In this document: positions 23,216-36,200 of the stretch, piece by piece
Layout: the number at the start of each line of letters is the position of its first letter
Numbering within the stretch: position 1 is the stretch's first letter
DNA from: Escherichia coli
Lineage (GTDB): Bacteria > Pseudomonadota > Gammaproteobacteria > Enterobacterales > Enterobacteriaceae
NCBI RefSeq assembly: GCF_017348835.2
Contig: NZ_CP071375.1
Length of the DNA: 64,000 nt
Reading direction: 5' to 3' (one strand)
Made by a program: the position numbers and the translations under genes
The notes under the pieces: generated by a model
Seen by the model: only the letters and a program-made list of their open reading frames with translations
Told to the model about the DNA's origin: nothing
The model's database searches: none

Positions 23216-23446
23216 GCCTCTCCCGAGCAAAAGAAATCTAAGCTGTGTAACAAGTAAACGACTAATTTGACCGGAAACTTTAGCGAAAGACGCATAATCT
23301 GTCATCTAATAAACGGTAAACATTCTTTTTATATTCACGGCATTACTGATAAAAAAGTCGCTCTCGCATAAAATTTGCACTTGCGCACGGCGAAAAAACA
23401 GAATAAAAATACAATAATTTCGAATAATCATGCAAAGAGGTGTGCC

Positions 23447-24778
23447 GTGGTAAAGGAACGTAAAACCGAGCTGGTCGAGGGATTCCGCCATTCGGTTCCC
23501 TATATCAATACCCACCGGGGAAAAACGTTTGTCATCATGCTCGGCGGTGAAGCCATTGAGCATGAGAATTTCTCCAGTATCGTTAATGATATCGGGTTGT
23601 TGCACAGCCTCGGCATCCGTCTGGTGGTGGTCTATGGCGCACGTCCGCAGATCGACGCAAATCTGGCTGCGCATCACCACGAACCGCTGTATCACAAGAA
23701 TATACGTGTGACCGACGCCAAAACACTGGAACTGGTGAAGCAGGCTGCGGGAACATTGCAACTGGATATTACTGCTCGCCTGTCGATGAGTCTCAATAAC
23801 ACGCCGCTGCAGGGCGCGCATATCAACGTCGTCAGTGGCAATTTTATTATTGCCCAGCCGCTGGGCGTCGATGACGGCGTGGATTACTGCCATAGCGGGC
23901 GTATCCGGCGGATTGATGAAGACGCGATCCATCGTCAACTGGACAGCGGTGCAATAGTGCTAATGGGGCCGGTCGCTGTTTCAGTCACTGGCGAGAGCTT
24001 TAATCTGACCTCGGAAGAGATTGCCACTCAACTGGCCATCAAACTGAAAGCTGAAAAGATGATTGGTTTTTGCTCTTCCCAGGGCGTCACTAATGACGAC
24101 GGTGATATTGTCTCAGAACTTTTCCCTAACGAAGCGCAAGCGCGGGTAGAAGCCCAGGAAGAGAAAGGTGATTACAACTCCGGTACGGTGCGCTTTTTGC
24201 GTGGCGCAGTGAAAGCCTGCCGCAGCGGCGTGCGTCGCTGTCATTTAATCAGTTATCAGGAAGATGGCGCGCTGTTGCAAGAGTTGTTCTCACGCGACGG
24301 TATCGGTACGCAGATTGTGATGGAAAGCGCCGAGCAGATTCGTCGCGCAACAATCAACGATATTGGCGGTATTCTGGAGTTGATTCGCCCGCTGGAGCAG
24401 CAAGGTATTCTGGTACGCCGTTCTCGCGAGCAGCTGGAGATGGAAATCGATAAATTCACCATTATTCAGCGCGATAACACGACTATTGCCTGCGCCGCGC
24501 TCTATCCGTTCCCGGAAGAAAAGATTGGGGAAATGGCCTGTGTGGCAGTTCACCCGGATTACCGCAGTTCATCACGGGGCGAGGTTCTGCTGGAACGCAT
24601 TGCCGCTCAGGCGAAGCAGAGCGGCTTAAGCAAATTGTTTGTGCTGACCACGCGCAGTATTCACTGGTTCCAGGAACGTGGATTTACCCCAGTGGATATT
24701 GATTTACTGCCCGAGAGCAAAAAGCAGTTGTACAACTACCAGCGTAAATCCAAAGTGTTGATGGCGGATTTAGGGTAA
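23447..24778 (+). CDS. argA: N-acetylglutamate synthase, 443 aa, GTG start
   Basis: GTG at 23447 preceded by AAGAGG (23435-23440); product (M)[27 protein letters not shown] matches ArgA with an amino-acid kinase N-domain and GNAT C-domain. Confidence 0.9.
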   Translation: MVKERKTELVEGFRHSVPYINTHRGKTFVIMLGGEAIEHENFSSIVNDIGLLHSLGIRLVVVYGARPQIDANLAAHHHEPLYHKNIRVTDAKTLELVKQAAGTLQLDITARLSMSLNNTPLQGAHINVVSGNFIIAQPLGVDDGVDYCHSGRIRRIDEDAIHRQLDSGAIVLMGPVAVSVTGESFNLTSEEIATQLAIKLKAEKMIGFCSSQGVTNDDGDIVSELFPNEAQARVEAQEEKGDYNSGTVRFLRGAVKACRSGVRRCHLISYQEDGALLQELFSRDGIGTQIVMESAEQIRRATINDIGGILELIRPLEQQGILVRRSREQLEMEIDKFTIIQRDNTTIACAALYPFPEEKIGEMACVAVHPDYRSSSRGEVLLERIAAQAKQSGLSKLFVLTTRSIHWFQERGFTPVDIDLLPESKKQLYNYQRKSKVLMADLG

Positions 24779-24790
24779 GCGATGAAAATC

Positions 24791-24831
24791 GCCGGATGCG
24801 GCAGGCGTAACACTCGTGCGTCGCATCCGGC
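24791..24831. repeat. REP palindrome downstream of argA and recD (convergent gene ends)
   Basis: Seen in sequence: GCCGGATGCG…CGCATCCGGC inverted repeat. Confidence 0.6.
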
Positions 24832-24839
24832 AATTACGT

Positions 24840-26666
24840 TTATTCCCGCGAACTAAACAACGCCGCCAGACCACTGCGCCGCTCAGTACGAGTGGCGATT
24901 GCCGCACTTAATATACGCTCATCGGCATACAGCGACAGACGGCGACGCGCGCGGGTCACCGCGGTGTATACCAGCTCTCGCGTTACTACCGGCGTGCGTT
25001 GGCTCGGTAAAATCAACGCCGCATGGTCGAACTCCGATCCCTGCGATTTATGTACCGTCATCGCCCACGTAGTTTCGTGCTCTGGCAAGCGACTCGGTTG
25101 CACAGACTTAATATTGCCGTCCGGCATCGCAAACCAGACGCGCGTCCCCTGCCCGCGATCCAGCGCAATACCGATATCGCCATTAAACAACCCAAGCGCG
25201 CTGTCATTACGGGCAATCATCACCGGTCGGCCTTCGTACCAACGAGAGTGCAGATGACGATGAATTTTGCGCTTCTGTTGCATAAACTGCTCAATTCGTT
25301 CATTCAGTCCAGCTACGCCAAACGGCCCTTCCCGCAGGGCGCACAAAAGCTGGTACTCATTGAACGCCTGAATGATTAAATCCGGCTCGGCACGCGCTTG
25401 CAGCAGATCCAGATAACGTCCGTAACCCGCAAGAGCTTCCTCAAGCATCGCAATATAATCTTCGCCGCTCTGTAAAAGTCGTTTTTCGATATCAGTAAAA
25501 TCCTGCTGAAAAACGGTTTTCACTGCCGTTTTATCACCACGGTTGATCGCCGCAGCTAACTGACCAATGCCAGAATCGTTGCCGAAACGATAGCTTTTTT
25601 GCAGCAGGCAGAGACTGTCGCGCAAAGATGCCGCTTCTGTGCCAGTTCCTGCCGGAACGTGAGTCCCCGTCAGGCGGCTTAGCTGCCTGGCACGCTCGGC
25701 GGTAAAGCCCGCGTTGGCATAAGCGCAGATATCGCCCAGCACAGCCCCAGCCTCAACCGAGGCCAGTTGATCACGATCGCCGAGAAAGATCACTCGCGCA
25801 TGATCTGGCAAGGCGTCGATCAGTCTCGACATCATAGGCAGATCGATCATTGACGCTTCATCTACCACCAGCACATCAAGATGCAGCGGGTTACCGGCAT
25901 GATGACGTAAACGCTGGCTACCCGGCTGCGCGCCCAGCAATCGGTGCAAAGTGCTGGCATCTTCCGGAATGCGTTTCTTTTGTTCATCGGTCAGCGGTAA
26001 CTGTCGCAAAGCCTTGCCGAGAGATTCGGTTAAGCGCGCGGCAGCTTTACCCGTTGGTGCAGCCAGACGGATACGGCAGCGTTCGCCGTCGGCCATTTGA
26101 ATTAACGCTGCCAGCAACTTCGCCACGGTGGTCGTTTTACCGGTGCCTGGGCCGCCGGAAATCACCGAGATCCGCCGCGTCAGCGCCACTGCCGCTGCAA
26201 CTTTTTGCCAGTTAATTTCATCGCTTACTGGAAAAAGTTTGTCCAGGGTTTGCGCCAGTAGAGCTTCATCAACCTCGATGGCATGATTCACCTCATTGAA
26301 GAAGCGCGCTACCGTCCGCTCGTTACACCACATGCGATTCAAATAAAGACGATCGCCACAGAGGATCATCGGCGTGGGTTCATCTCCCCTGCTGACCGCT
26401 TGAGAAGCCAACAAGCATTCTTCCCAATTTTGTAGCTCACCGATTTCACTGACACAGGTCGCCAACAGCGGATGCGACGCCTCGTTATTTTCCAGTCGTG
26501 AAAGCGGCAAACAAACGTGTCCCTCTCCGGCATCATGACTTAACAGTGCCGCCGCGAGGGTGACGGCAGGATGTTCATCTCCCGCCACGGTCAGGGCAAA
26601 TTGCACATCCAGCGGGCGTAGCTGTTTGTGCTCCACAGCTTCCAGTAATTGCTTTTGCAATTTCAT
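24840..26666 (-). CDS. recD: RecBCD enzyme subunit RecD (5'-3' helicase), 608 aa
   Basis: 608-aa ORF with Walker A (GGPGTGKTT); matches RecD; start overlaps the recB stop. Confidence 0.95.
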   Translation of the reverse strand: MKLQKQLLEAVEHKQLRPLDVQFALTVAGDEHPAVTLAAALLSHDAGEGHVCLPLSRLENNEASHPLLATCVSEIGELQNWEECLLASQAVSRGDEPTPMILCGDRLYLNRMWCNERTVARFFNEVNHAIEVDEALLAQTLDKLFPVSDEINWQKVAAAVALTRRISVISGGPGTGKTTTVAKLLAALIQMADGERCRIRLAAPTGKAAARLTESLGKALRQLPLTDEQKKRIPEDASTLHRLLGAQPGSQRLRHHAGNPLHLDVLVVDEASMIDLPMMSRLIDALPDHARVIFLGDRDQLASVEAGAVLGDICAYANAGFTAERARQLSRLTGTHVPAGTGTEAASLRDSLCLLQKSYRFGNDSGIGQLAAAINRGDKTAVKTVFQQDFTDIEKRLLQSGEDYIAMLEEALAGYGRYLDLLQARAEPDLIIQAFNEYQLLCALREGPFGVAGLNERIEQFMQQKRKIHRHLHSRWYEGRPVMIARNDSALGLFNGDIGIALDRGQGTRVWFAMPDGNIKSVQPSRLPEHETTWAMTVHKSQGSEFDHAALILPSQRTPVVTRELVYTAVTRARRRLSLYADERILSAAIATRTERRSGLAALFSSRE

Positions 26667-29600
26667 TACGCCTCCTCCAGGGTCATACCGGCAAACATCT
26701 CATCCATCAAGGCAATCAACCCGGCGTTGGGTCGGGTTGTGTAAATCCCCTGTTGCGGATGTTCTTTATCAACGCCACGCAGGAACAGATAAATAACGCC
26801 GCCAAAGTGGTGCTCATAGTCGTAATCAGCAATGCGATGGCGCAGATAACGATGCAGCGCCAGGGTATAAAGCTGATATTGCAGATCATAGCGGTGTGCC
26901 TGCATTGCCGCTGCCATAGCCTGTTGGGTGTAAGCCGAACTGTCTTCACCCAACCAGTTGGATTTATAGTCGAGCAGGTAATAACGCCCTTCGTGGCGGA
27001 ACACCAGGTCGATAAAGCCTTTTAACATGCCACGTACCTGCATGAACTCCAGCGGCGGGCAGCCTGCGGATAGCGGGTCAAACTGGCGGATTAACGTATC
27101 AAGCTGACTGGCGATAAGCGGTTCACTAATCGGCAGATAAAACTCCATCTCCACCTGTTTATTGCGGGCGGAAAGTTGACTCAGGCTTACGCCGGTTTCA
27201 TTGAGAGGTGCCTGGAGGACAGCCGTGATCCACTCGGTCAATACCGGTTCCCACTGCGATTCAAAGCCGCCGAGTTCCAGTTTTTCCCGCACCCAGTTCG
27301 GGTCAACCGGCTGGGTAAAATCCAGGTCTTCAAACAAACTGTGCAAGAACGTCCCCGGTGACGCACCGCGCGGAAACTGATGTGGTGTTAACGTCGGTTC
27401 TTCAACGACGCTGGCAACGCCTGCAGCATCGACATCCAGCCGAGGCATCAAATCCTGGGCGATACCGTGACCACGCTGTTGCAAACCAGAGTAGCTGGTG
27501 ACGCGCCAGTTATCGCCGGGCAATCGTTGTAACGTCTTCGCATTCAGCTCTGCTGTAGAAACATCATTAACCTGCCAGGGTTGGTTATCACCAGTTTGTG
27601 CCGTTTGCCAGGCAATATCATCATCGCATAACGCTTCAATACAGGTGCGAAGCCCTGCCGCATCTTGCGGTTCCCCTTTTTGCAGCAAACGCCCGAGCGC
27701 ACTTTGGTGGACGTCGGTGTCACCTTTTTTATCGCCACGACGGCGCACCAGCGGTGCAACGCCGAGACTACAATGCCAAACCGAACGCGTCAGCGCCACG
27801 TAAAGCAAACGCAGATCTTCCGCCAGACGTTCGGCCTCCGCGAGATCGACACTTTCTGGCGCAGCGTTAAGATCCAGAACAGCCTCAAACGAGTGGCGAT
27901 CGTGATAAAACGCCTGTTCCTGGACGCGGAAATTGGTAATAAATGGCAACCAGACAAGCGAATATTCCAGCCCTTTTGATTTATGGATCGTGACAATCTG
28001 CACCAGATGTTTATCACTTTCGAGGCGCATTTGTTGGCTGGAGGCATTACTGTCTGGCTCGAGGATATGTTGCGATAACCAGCGTACCAGCGCATGTTCA
28101 CTTTCCAGCTGCGTTCCGGCTTCTTGTAGCAGTTCGCTGATATGCAAGATATCGGTAAGACGCCGCTCACCGCCTGCCGTTGCCAGCAAGTTTTCTGCAA
28201 TGTTACGCGCCGACATCAGCGCCCGCAGCATCGGCATAACGCCACGTTTGCGCCAGATTTGCCGATAACCATCGAACTCTTCGACCACCGCGTCCCACGC
28301 ATGTTCGTCATTATTCAGCGTTTCGATATCCAGCGCGTTCAGCCCCATCATTGACGTTGCCAGCGCACTACGCAGGGTGTTCTCACGTTCGGGCGTCATC
28401 ACCGCCTGCAACAACCAAAGCATTTCCTGCGCTTCCAGAGTTTCAAAAACACTGTCGCGGTTCGAAAGGTAAACGGAAGGGATTTCCAGCAACGTTAAGG
28501 CATCGCGCACCTGGGCAGCCTCCTGGCGGCTGCGCACCAGCACACTGATGTCCGAAGCACGCACCGGACGCGCTTCGTCGCCGTTCATCAGCAACGCTTC
28601 GCCCCGCTGTCCGGCTTGTAGCCAGTCGCGGATTTGCGCAGCACATACCTGCGCCATGGTACTTTGATAGTCGCCAACGCCGCAGCTTTCGCCTTCCATC
28701 AGCCACATTTTCATCGCAGGCTGCGTTTCACCTTTAAATACAAAACGTAACGCCTGATTTTTCCCGGCTGATTTCACTGGAATAAACGGTATTTCGCGAA
28801 ACATGAACGCGTCATCAGTCTGGCTGAAAAGCTTGTTCACGCTGTTCACCATTCCTGGTGCGGAACGCCAGTTGGTGTCTAAAGTGTAGTGGGCGTGAAC
28901 TTCGCTACGCGCCTTCATATAAGTGAAGATATCCGCACCCCGGAATGCATATATGGCCTGCTTCGGGTCGCCAATTAGCAACAATGCGGTTTCCGGCTGA
29001 TGGTGCCAGATACGGCGAAAAATTCGGTACTGCTGGGGGTCGGTATCCTGAAATTCATCGATCATTGCCACCGGGAATCGCGTACGGATCGCCGCTGCCA
29101 ACACCTCACCGCTTTCGCTACGCAGCGCGGAATCGAGCCGACTTAACATGTCATCAAAACCCAATTCGCCACGGCGGCGTTTTTCACGCGCTACTGTTTC
29201 GCGGATCTCAGCCAATGCGCGGGTGATCACCAGATCGCGGATCGACAATGGTTCTGCAAGCAGTTGATCGATCGCCTCAAACAGTGGATGTCGCGGGGTT
29301 TCCCCCCCGGCCTTCGTGCGATCTTCTAAGAAACGCTGGGAGAATTTTTCCAGCGACTCCGGCAACTGATAACTGTTTGTCTCTTCTTCTGCCCAGGCGC
29401 TGATCTTGTCGATCCATTTAGCCTGATTGCTACGGTTAAACTTGCGTCGATCAATACCAGAAGATTCGATCAGCGCATCCAGTTCACCCACTGCGTCGCG
29501 CCACTGCTGTTTTACCGTATCAATACGCGCCACAATTTGCGCGTGACGGGAAGCCAGCGTTTCATCATCGGGCGGCGGTGCTTTGATAACCGGCGCTTCG

Positions 29601-30208
29601 CCTTGCAGATAACGATTAATATCGCGCAGCAACGCCTGCGGCCCTTTCCAGGTTTCAAAGACGACCTGGGCTATTTCACGCGGCAGCGGGTAGCAGTGGC
29701 GACGCCAGAAATCGGCGCAGGCCTGGTAGCGTAGCAGAGACTCATCTTCAATCAGCTGCTGCTCAAACAGCATGCCGGATTCAAAGGCATTCAGGTTGAG
29801 CATGCGCTGGCAAAAGCCGTGAATAGTAAAGACTGCCGCTTCATCCATCTGCCGTTCGGCTAACAACAACCACTGCGCGGCTTGCGCTTTATCGTCGATC
29901 TCTTCCAGCAGGCGTTCGTACAGTGGATTGTCGGTGGTTTCACGCAGACAGGCGATGCGCAACTCGTGGATATTGCTACGGATACGACCGCGCAATTCTG
30001 CCGTGGCAGCCTCGGTAAAGGTGACCACCAGCAGTTCTTCAACGGTCAGCGGGCGGGGAAAGGCGGCGGAACCGCCTAGTCCAAGTAACAGGCGCAAATA
30101 GAGCGCCGCAATCGTAAAGGTTTTGCCTGTGCCGGCAGAGGCTTCAATCAGGCGCTCGCCCTGTAAGGGCAAGCGCAAAGGATCTAGTGTCTCGGCGACA
30201 TCACTCAT
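26666..30208 (-). CDS. recB: RecBCD enzyme subunit RecB (helicase/nuclease), 1180 aa
   Basis: Start at 30208 gives [30 protein letters not shown] (UvrD-like helicase motif I); length 1180 aa; C-terminal nuclease domain present. Confidence 0.95.
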   Translation of the reverse strand: MSDVAETLDPLRLPLQGERLIEASAGTGKTFTIAALYLRLLLGLGGSAAFPRPLTVEELLVVTFTEAATAELRGRIRSNIHELRIACLRETTDNPLYERLLEEIDDKAQAAQWLLLAERQMDEAAVFTIHGFCQRMLNLNAFESGMLFEQQLIEDESLLRYQACADFWRRHCYPLPREIAQVVFETWKGPQALLRDINRYLQGEAPVIKAPPPDDETLASRHAQIVARIDTVKQQWRDAVGELDALIESSGIDRRKFNRSNQAKWIDKISAWAEEETNSYQLPESLEKFSQRFLEDRTKAGGETPRHPLFEAIDQLLAEPLSIRDLVITRALAEIRETVAREKRRRGELGFDDMLSRLDSALRSESGEVLAAAIRTRFPVAMIDEFQDTDPQQYRIFRRIWHHQPETALLLIGDPKQAIYAFRGADIFTYMKARSEVHAHYTLDTNWRSAPGMVNSVNKLFSQTDDAFMFREIPFIPVKSAGKNQALRFVFKGETQPAMKMWLMEGESCGVGDYQSTMAQVCAAQIRDWLQAGQRGEALLMNGDEARPVRASDISVLVRSRQEAAQVRDALTLLEIPSVYLSNRDSVFETLEAQEMLWLLQAVMTPERENTLRSALATSMMGLNALDIETLNNDEHAWDAVVEEFDGYRQIWRKRGVMPMLRALMSARNIAENLLATAGGERRLTDILHISELLQEAGTQLESEHALVRWLSQHILEPDSNASSQQMRLESDKHLVQIVTIHKSKGLEYSLVWLPFITNFRVQEQAFYHDRHSFEAVLDLNAAPESVDLAEAERLAEDLRLLYVALTRSVWHCSLGVAPLVRRRGDKKGDTDVHQSALGRLLQKGEPQDAAGLRTCIEALCDDDIAWQTAQTGDNQPWQVNDVSTAELNAKTLQRLPGDNWRVTSYSGLQQRGHGIAQDLMPRLDVDAAGVASVVEEPTLTPHQFPRGASPGTFLHSLFEDLDFTQPVDPNWVREKLELGGFESQWEPVLTEWITAVLQAPLNETGVSLSQLSARNKQVEMEFYLPISEPLIASQLDTLIRQFDPLSAGCPPLEFMQVRGMLKGFIDLVFRHEGRYYLLDYKSNWLGEDSSAYTQQAMAAAMQAHRYDLQYQLYTLALHRYLRHRIADYDYEHHFGGVIYLFLRGVDKEHPQQGIYTTRPNAGLIALMDEMFAGMTLEEA

Positions 30209-33089
30209 TCTTTTCACTCATCAGGGGCATTGTTTGCTGCAACGCGCTGACGTTCTCCCACACTTTCCAGCCTTCAGGATGCACATATTCGGCTTTCCCG
30301 TTCTGGCTGCCGGAAATCTGCGACAGAATAGCCATGCCTTGCGGCTCGACCACCGCCTGATGGAAGAAATCAGCAAGTTTTTGCGGCGTCAGCAGTTTTA
30401 TCTGGGCCACGATTTTATCACGCGAATCGAAGCGCATATTGCCGCGATCGAAATCTTTACTTAACTTCGATGCTTCTTCGCCGAGCGTTTGCGGTGCCTG
30501 CAGCATCTGGGTAATTACCGCCTGCTGGATTTGCGCAAACTCATCTGGCTTCATCGCCCGCAATTTTGCCTCTGCGGTTGGGAAAAACGCCTTGTAACGC
30601 TCCCACAAGAATGAAGGCTGTTTATCATTGCTTTGCAAAAGGAAGCCCATGCCCCACTGACGCCCCACGCTCATTGGAAACGCAAACACGGCATAGCCCA
30701 ATTGTTCTTCGGTACGCAACTGATTGTAGAACCACGGCTGTACGATCTGCCCCAACAGAGAGCTATAGGCTGAGCTGGTGTATTCATCGTAGCCAGTCGG
30801 TACAAATACCGCTGCCAGTGCGGAGTCGGTGCTGTTACCGGCTTTTTCAAAGATGACGGATTGTTTTTTATCGACCACTACATCTTTGTTTCGACACCAC
30901 TCTGAACCATCAGCGCCCAACTGTTTTTGCACATCGCGTGCCAGCGTTGTTGCCTGGGCCTCGGTCATGTTGCCGATAACCATAAACTCTGGTCGAGCCC
31001 CTGATTTTAAGGCGTCGCGATAGGCCAGCACCTCTTTCAACGTAATGGAGGGCAAAATTTTACGCCGTTCATCTCGCGAGAAGTACGGCACTTGCGAGAG
31101 CATCTGCGCGGGCATAATCGCCTGCTCAAACGCTTTACCCTTTTCTGCGGAATCCATCATCTGGTTATACCAGGACTTCGCCTGCTCAAGCTGATCTTCC
31201 GTAGCGGTATAGCTAAAGTACCCCTCGAGCAATGCCTGGAACAGCTGCGGCAGACGCTGGGTGTAACCATTAGCATTAACCATAAGGCCGTTGTTAGCGT
31301 TGGTGGAAAAACTTATGCCACCAACCGACGCCTGGTTGCTTAACTGACCAAGCGCCAGCCCTGCGAGATAATCATTGAGCGCAAACATCACCTGATTGCG
31401 GGCGCTGTCCATGGCTTTCGGATTACGCAAAATCAGGCTGACATCAGCTTTGGGTTCGCTGGAAAAATAACGGCTTGGCGCATACACCACGCGCAGATTC
31501 GACTCATCAACAATCAGCTCTGGATGGTCATATTTCTTCTCTGACTTAATCAGCGAGAAATCGTCAGGAATATAGGGGTTAAGCTCCGGTAAGGAGAGCG
31601 CAATATTGGCAGCTTTTTGCTGCCAGTCAGCGAAAGTTTGTGCGCTAATTTTATCGACCTGATACGGCGCATCGACAAAATAAGCCGTTTTATTGTGCGG
31701 CTCTTTCGGGCTGATATACCAGATACGCGCATTCTGCGGCGTCATCATCGCCAGACGTTCCTTTACTGCTTTAGCATCGTACCGATCGGCAATATTGACT
31801 GCATCCAGCGTATGCTCAACAGGAACGCGAATCATAGTATCTGCCAGCCATTCGACGTAATCCATATCACGGGTGATTGACGGATAACGGAAGTCGATAT
31901 CCAGCACATTCGCCAGTTCATCGAAGTATTGTTTATCGATCCCTTTTTCACGCAACAGATTGAGGTAGCTAAAAATGGCCGCCACAACCTGATCACGATT
32001 CGCCAGACCTTTATCGGTTAAAGACGCAGAGATCGCTAATACGCCGCTGTTGCCGTTGACGATAGGATCGGAGTTGGCGCTAATGCCCTCAACTAATCCC
32101 TGCTTTTGCAGCCAGTCAGAAAGTGTACCTGGGCTGCGATTGCCAATCAGATAGGTAATCAATTCATCGGTTTTACTACGGAACTTCGCTGAGTTGTTAT
32201 CGATGCGAAACTCAACGCGCAACACTTTACGCGGCAGCGCAGGGACGTAATGAATGATAATGCCCTTTTGCGCGTCGGTGACTACCGGCACGGTGATTTC
32301 CGGTTTTTTGCTCTCTTTGTTCGGCACGCGACCAAAGGTGTCCGCCGCCATTTTTGCCAACTCCGGCAGCGGTTTATTACTGTAAATAACCGCCTTCATC
32401 AAATTGGCGGAATAGTACTTCTCGTGGAAATCTTTCAGCGCCTGCTGCACCGGATTACCAGGTTTGTCGCTTAAAGTTTCGAGGTTACCACCAGAAAACT
32501 TTGAACCGGGGTGTGCCGGGTTAATGGTTTCTGCGCTGACCTGTGCCATGCGCATCCCGTCACGCGTACGCGCCATGGTTAATTCAGCGTTCACTGCATT
32601 ACGCTCACGTTCGGCGTATTTCTTGTCGAGCAAGGGTTCTGCAATAGCATCGGCCAGGCGGTCTACCGCACCGGGCAAGGCGTCGTTCTCAACTTCCAGA
32701 TAGAAAGCCGTGCGATACGGCGCAGTGCTGGCATTGTGACTACCGCCGTGCATTTTGAGATATTCGGCCAGACTGTCAGCCTGCGGGTACTTTTTCGACC
32801 CCATCAGACTCATATGTTCAAGGTAATGTGCCAGCCCCTGGTACGCCTCGGGATCTTCCAGCGACCCAACGGGCACCACCAGCGCCGATAGCGATTTAAC
32901 TGCCTGCGGATCAGAAACCAGCAAGACCACCATACCGTTATCCAGACGTATAGCCTGATACTGGCGGTTATCTTTATCACTTTTACGGATGGTTTCCTGA
33001 ATCGGCTGCCATCCCGTTTCTGCCTGACTTAAGGGTGCCCAAAGGGCAACTAACAACAATAATGCTTTGAACCAGGTGCTGCGGGGCAT
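30201..33089 (-). CDS. ptrA: Protease III (pitrilysin), periplasmic M16 zinc metalloprotease, 962 aa
   Basis: 962-aa ORF with signal peptide and inverted zinc motif HYLEH; matches PtrA; sits between recC and recB. Confidence 0.95.
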   Translation of the reverse strand: MPRSTWFKALLLLVALWAPLSQAETGWQPIQETIRKSDKDNRQYQAIRLDNGMVVLLVSDPQAVKSLSALVVPVGSLEDPEAYQGLAHYLEHMSLMGSKKYPQADSLAEYLKMHGGSHNASTAPYRTAFYLEVENDALPGAVDRLADAIAEPLLDKKYAERERNAVNAELTMARTRDGMRMAQVSAETINPAHPGSKFSGGNLETLSDKPGNPVQQALKDFHEKYYSANLMKAVIYSNKPLPELAKMAADTFGRVPNKESKKPEITVPVVTDAQKGIIIHYVPALPRKVLRVEFRIDNNSAKFRSKTDELITYLIGNRSPGTLSDWLQKQGLVEGISANSDPIVNGNSGVLAISASLTDKGLANRDQVVAAIFSYLNLLREKGIDKQYFDELANVLDIDFRYPSITRDMDYVEWLADTMIRVPVEHTLDAVNIADRYDAKAVKERLAMMTPQNARIWYISPKEPHNKTAYFVDAPYQVDKISAQTFADWQQKAANIALSLPELNPYIPDDFSLIKSEKKYDHPELIVDESNLRVVYAPSRYFSSEPKADVSLILRNPKAMDSARNQVMFALNDYLAGLALGQLSNQASVGGISFSTNANNGLMVNANGYTQRLPQLFQALLEGYFSYTATEDQLEQAKSWYNQMMDSAEKGKAFEQAIMPAQMLSQVPYFSRDERRKILPSITLKEVLAYRDALKSGARPEFMVIGNMTEAQATTLARDVQKQLGADGSEWCRNKDVVVDKKQSVIFEKAGNSTDSALAAVFVPTGYDEYTSSAYSSLLGQIVQPWFYNQLRTEEQLGYAVFAFPMSVGRQWGMGFLLQSNDKQPSFLWERYKAFFPTAEAKLRAMKPDEFAQIQQAVITQMLQAPQTLGEEASKLSKDFDRGNMRFDSRDKIVAQIKLLTPQKLADFFHQAVVEPQGMAILSQISGSQNGKAEYVHPEGWKVWENVSALQQTMPLMSEKNE

Positions 33090-33264
33090 TCACGGACCTC
33101 ATAATCAACTTTATTTTCTGGCCAGATTCAACAGGTTAACGCAAATCATCTGCCAGAATTTAATCTTGTGCTGCACGAGTCAGCCTATGTTTATATAACC
33201 ATCAGTCCGTGACTGGTGCGCATCATAAAGTAAGCGGATAGATTGCGCAATTTTTATACAGCGC

Positions 33265-36200
33265 TCATGACTGATTAAAGCGAAACAGCGGTAACAGGAA
33301 ACGTTGCGACTGTTCAACGATTGCCTCCATTGTCTCTGGTGTTAATTGCCGCCAGAGCCTTTGATACCAGATATCATCACCTTCGCCACGCACCATCATG
33401 TTGCCTTCGTAAGCCTGAAGGAATTTCGTACGGGCTTTTTGCAACGTGGAATCGTCATCCAGCATGGCATCGTTTTGCGCGTCATAACAGGTTTTTAGCC
33501 ACGCGCCGCCACTTTCAGGTAACACCAGCAATGGCGCGGACATCCCTTCACGATACCCCTCAATCAGTTGTGAGAGGTATTGCAAAGCCTGTTCGGCTGC
33601 AAGCGGCGGAAAACGCCACTCGCCGTCTTTGCGTAGAAAAAGGCGACTTTCACCATTACCACCGCTGGCACAGTAGACAAGGTGTTCCAGCCAAAGTTGC
33701 ATTCCCTGCGCCACACTTAATAAAGAGGGACGCCAGCGCAACAAGCCATCCGGCTGCACCTGCGGCAACCAGCCAGTTATCTGCACACCGTTGCAAGCGA
33801 GATCAATTTCCATACTCTGCCCCGGCTGGCGACAGGCAATGACTCTGTCGGCAAGCTGCTGCATCTCCTGGCACTGTGTTTCCCAGAAAATTTCACCAAA
33901 AGCGCCATACGGTAAATCCCCTGCCGCCCGGAAGCGGCGGAACAAGCGTTCGGCATCATCCTGCTCAACCAGTGCATTCAATAACTGCTGATTGATTTGA
34001 TAACGGCTAAGTCCTTCCAGAATAAATGGCTCGGTGTCGGGGATTTCGCTGTCTTCAGTACGGAAGTTCACCTGCAAACGCATCTGGAAGAACGCCCGCA
34101 CCGGATGTGCCCAGAATCGTTGTAGCGTTTCCAGCGGCACGGTTTCCGGTAAGGTAAACGGCAGCGGCTGAACAAATTCAGAATGTGCTTTACCAGCCTG
34201 GCTGGCCGCAGGTAGCCATTCACGAGCATAGCTTTGTCGTTCGCCTGGCTGGTAGTTTTGCGGATCAAACGGCATCCGGGTATGGAGGCAAGTAAGATGC
34301 GCTTTTACCCTTGCCTCGCTTTCATCACAGTTGAGCGCTTCATCGCCCGGTAGATAATGACTTTGCCCGATGTAGTCGATCAGTTCCTGCACCAGTACCG
34401 ACGGGAAACGTTCACTGTTATCCTGAATGGAACGCCCGATATAGCTGATATAGAGTTTTTGCTGCGCGGAAATTAACGCTTCCAGGAACAGGTAGCGGTC
34501 GTCATCGCGACGGCTACGGTCGCCACGCTTCGGTTTCTGGCTCATCAGGTCAAAGCCCAATGGCGCAAGCTGACGTGGATAAACGCCGTCGTTCATTCCC
34601 AGCAGGCAAACCACTTTGAACGGAATTGAACGCATTGGCATCAGAGTACAAATGTTAACCGGCCCGGCGAGAAAACGCTGGCTGATACGTTCTTGATCCA
34701 GGCGCTGTGCCAGTTCATCACGCAATAGTGACAGCGGCACCGCATCGCCATACTGCGCGCCTAAACCTTCGGCGATAATCGCCTGCCATTGTTGTTCGAT
34801 CAGCGTCATCGCCGCTTCGGTTTCCGCATCCGGCAGGAAGAAGGCGTTGAGCATATCGCGACAAACCGGCAACCACTCTTCCAGCGGACGCTCCTGTGCC
34901 AGCCCGCGACGCCAGATGTTTAGCTGCATTAGCAGTGAAGCCAGATGCCCCACCAGTTCTGCAATTAAGCCGCTCGATTCATCATAAGGTAGAACCGATT
35001 GCCACTCGCCCTGCGCGCTCTCCATCGCGTAGCCCAACAACATACGCGTCAGGCCAAATCGCCAGGTGTGTTGTCCGGTGGCGGGGAGTTCCAGCTCGCG
35101 AACGTTGTCGTCATCTATCCCCCAACGAATGCCGGATTCGTTGACCCACTGGCGTAAATAACGCAGCCCTTCTTCGGTGATGTCAAACCGCGCCGCCAGC
35201 ACCGGCACATCCAGCAGCGCCAGCACATCCTCTGACACAAAGCGGCTGTCTGGCAACGATAACAGGCTGATAAACGCTTCCAGTACCGGATGTGACTGCC
35301 GCGCCCGACGGTCGGAAATGGCGTAAGGCAGGTAACGATCCGCAGGTGCGCTACCAAACACTGCCTGAATAAACGGACTGTAGCTGTCGATATCGGCCAC
35401 CATCACGATGATGTCGCGCGGAGTAAGTGTCGGGTCTTCCTCCAGCATCGCCAGCAGGCGATCGTGCAAAACTTCAACTTCACGCTGCGGGCTATGGCAA
35501 ACGTGGAAGGTGATACTGCTATCCAGTGGATCAAGCGGGCGTTTGTTATCGCTACGGGAAAACTCTTCGATGTTCACACCAGCAACGGCGCGGTTTTCCA
35601 GTTCCAGAATGTCAGACTGAATGTTATGCAGCAGGTTATCTGGCGTGACATCGACAAAGGCGTCCAGCTCCTGGCTGCTCTCTAGGTCAGAAAGGAGATA
35701 AATGTAGTCGCGCCCAAGCTTACCCCATGAAGCCAGCAGCGGGTTGCCGACATCCTGTTCACCATCGCTGTTAAAGAGCTGCCCGGCATTTTCGCTATCG
35801 CGAAATAGCGGCAATTCGCGATCTTCAAAACTGTGTCGACGCTGACGGGTCAGCAGTTTCGCCAGATAAGCAGGATCTTTAATATCGCCCCAGTAATAAC
35901 GACAGGGGTTGGTAAACAGGAGATGGATTTCAATATGTTTACCCAGCGCCTGGAGCGCCTGGAGATAAACAGGCGGTAACGCGGAAATACCGCATATAAA
36001 GACGCGCGAAGGTAACCCCGGCGGGCAGGTCGTCGCGGACTCCAGCGTTTCGATAAAGCGCTGATAGAGATTGGCGCGGTGCCAACGCGGTTGTCCGAGT
36101 TCATGTGTATATTCCACCAGCGCCTTCCACAACGGCGCTTGCCAGGCCTGTGCCTCTCCCAGCCCTTCAACCAAATGTCCTGTTTCCCACTGTGCCAGCC

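Noticed and set aside
33321-33842. 173-aa plus-strand ORF inside recC
   Set aside because: Antisense to recC; shadow ORF.
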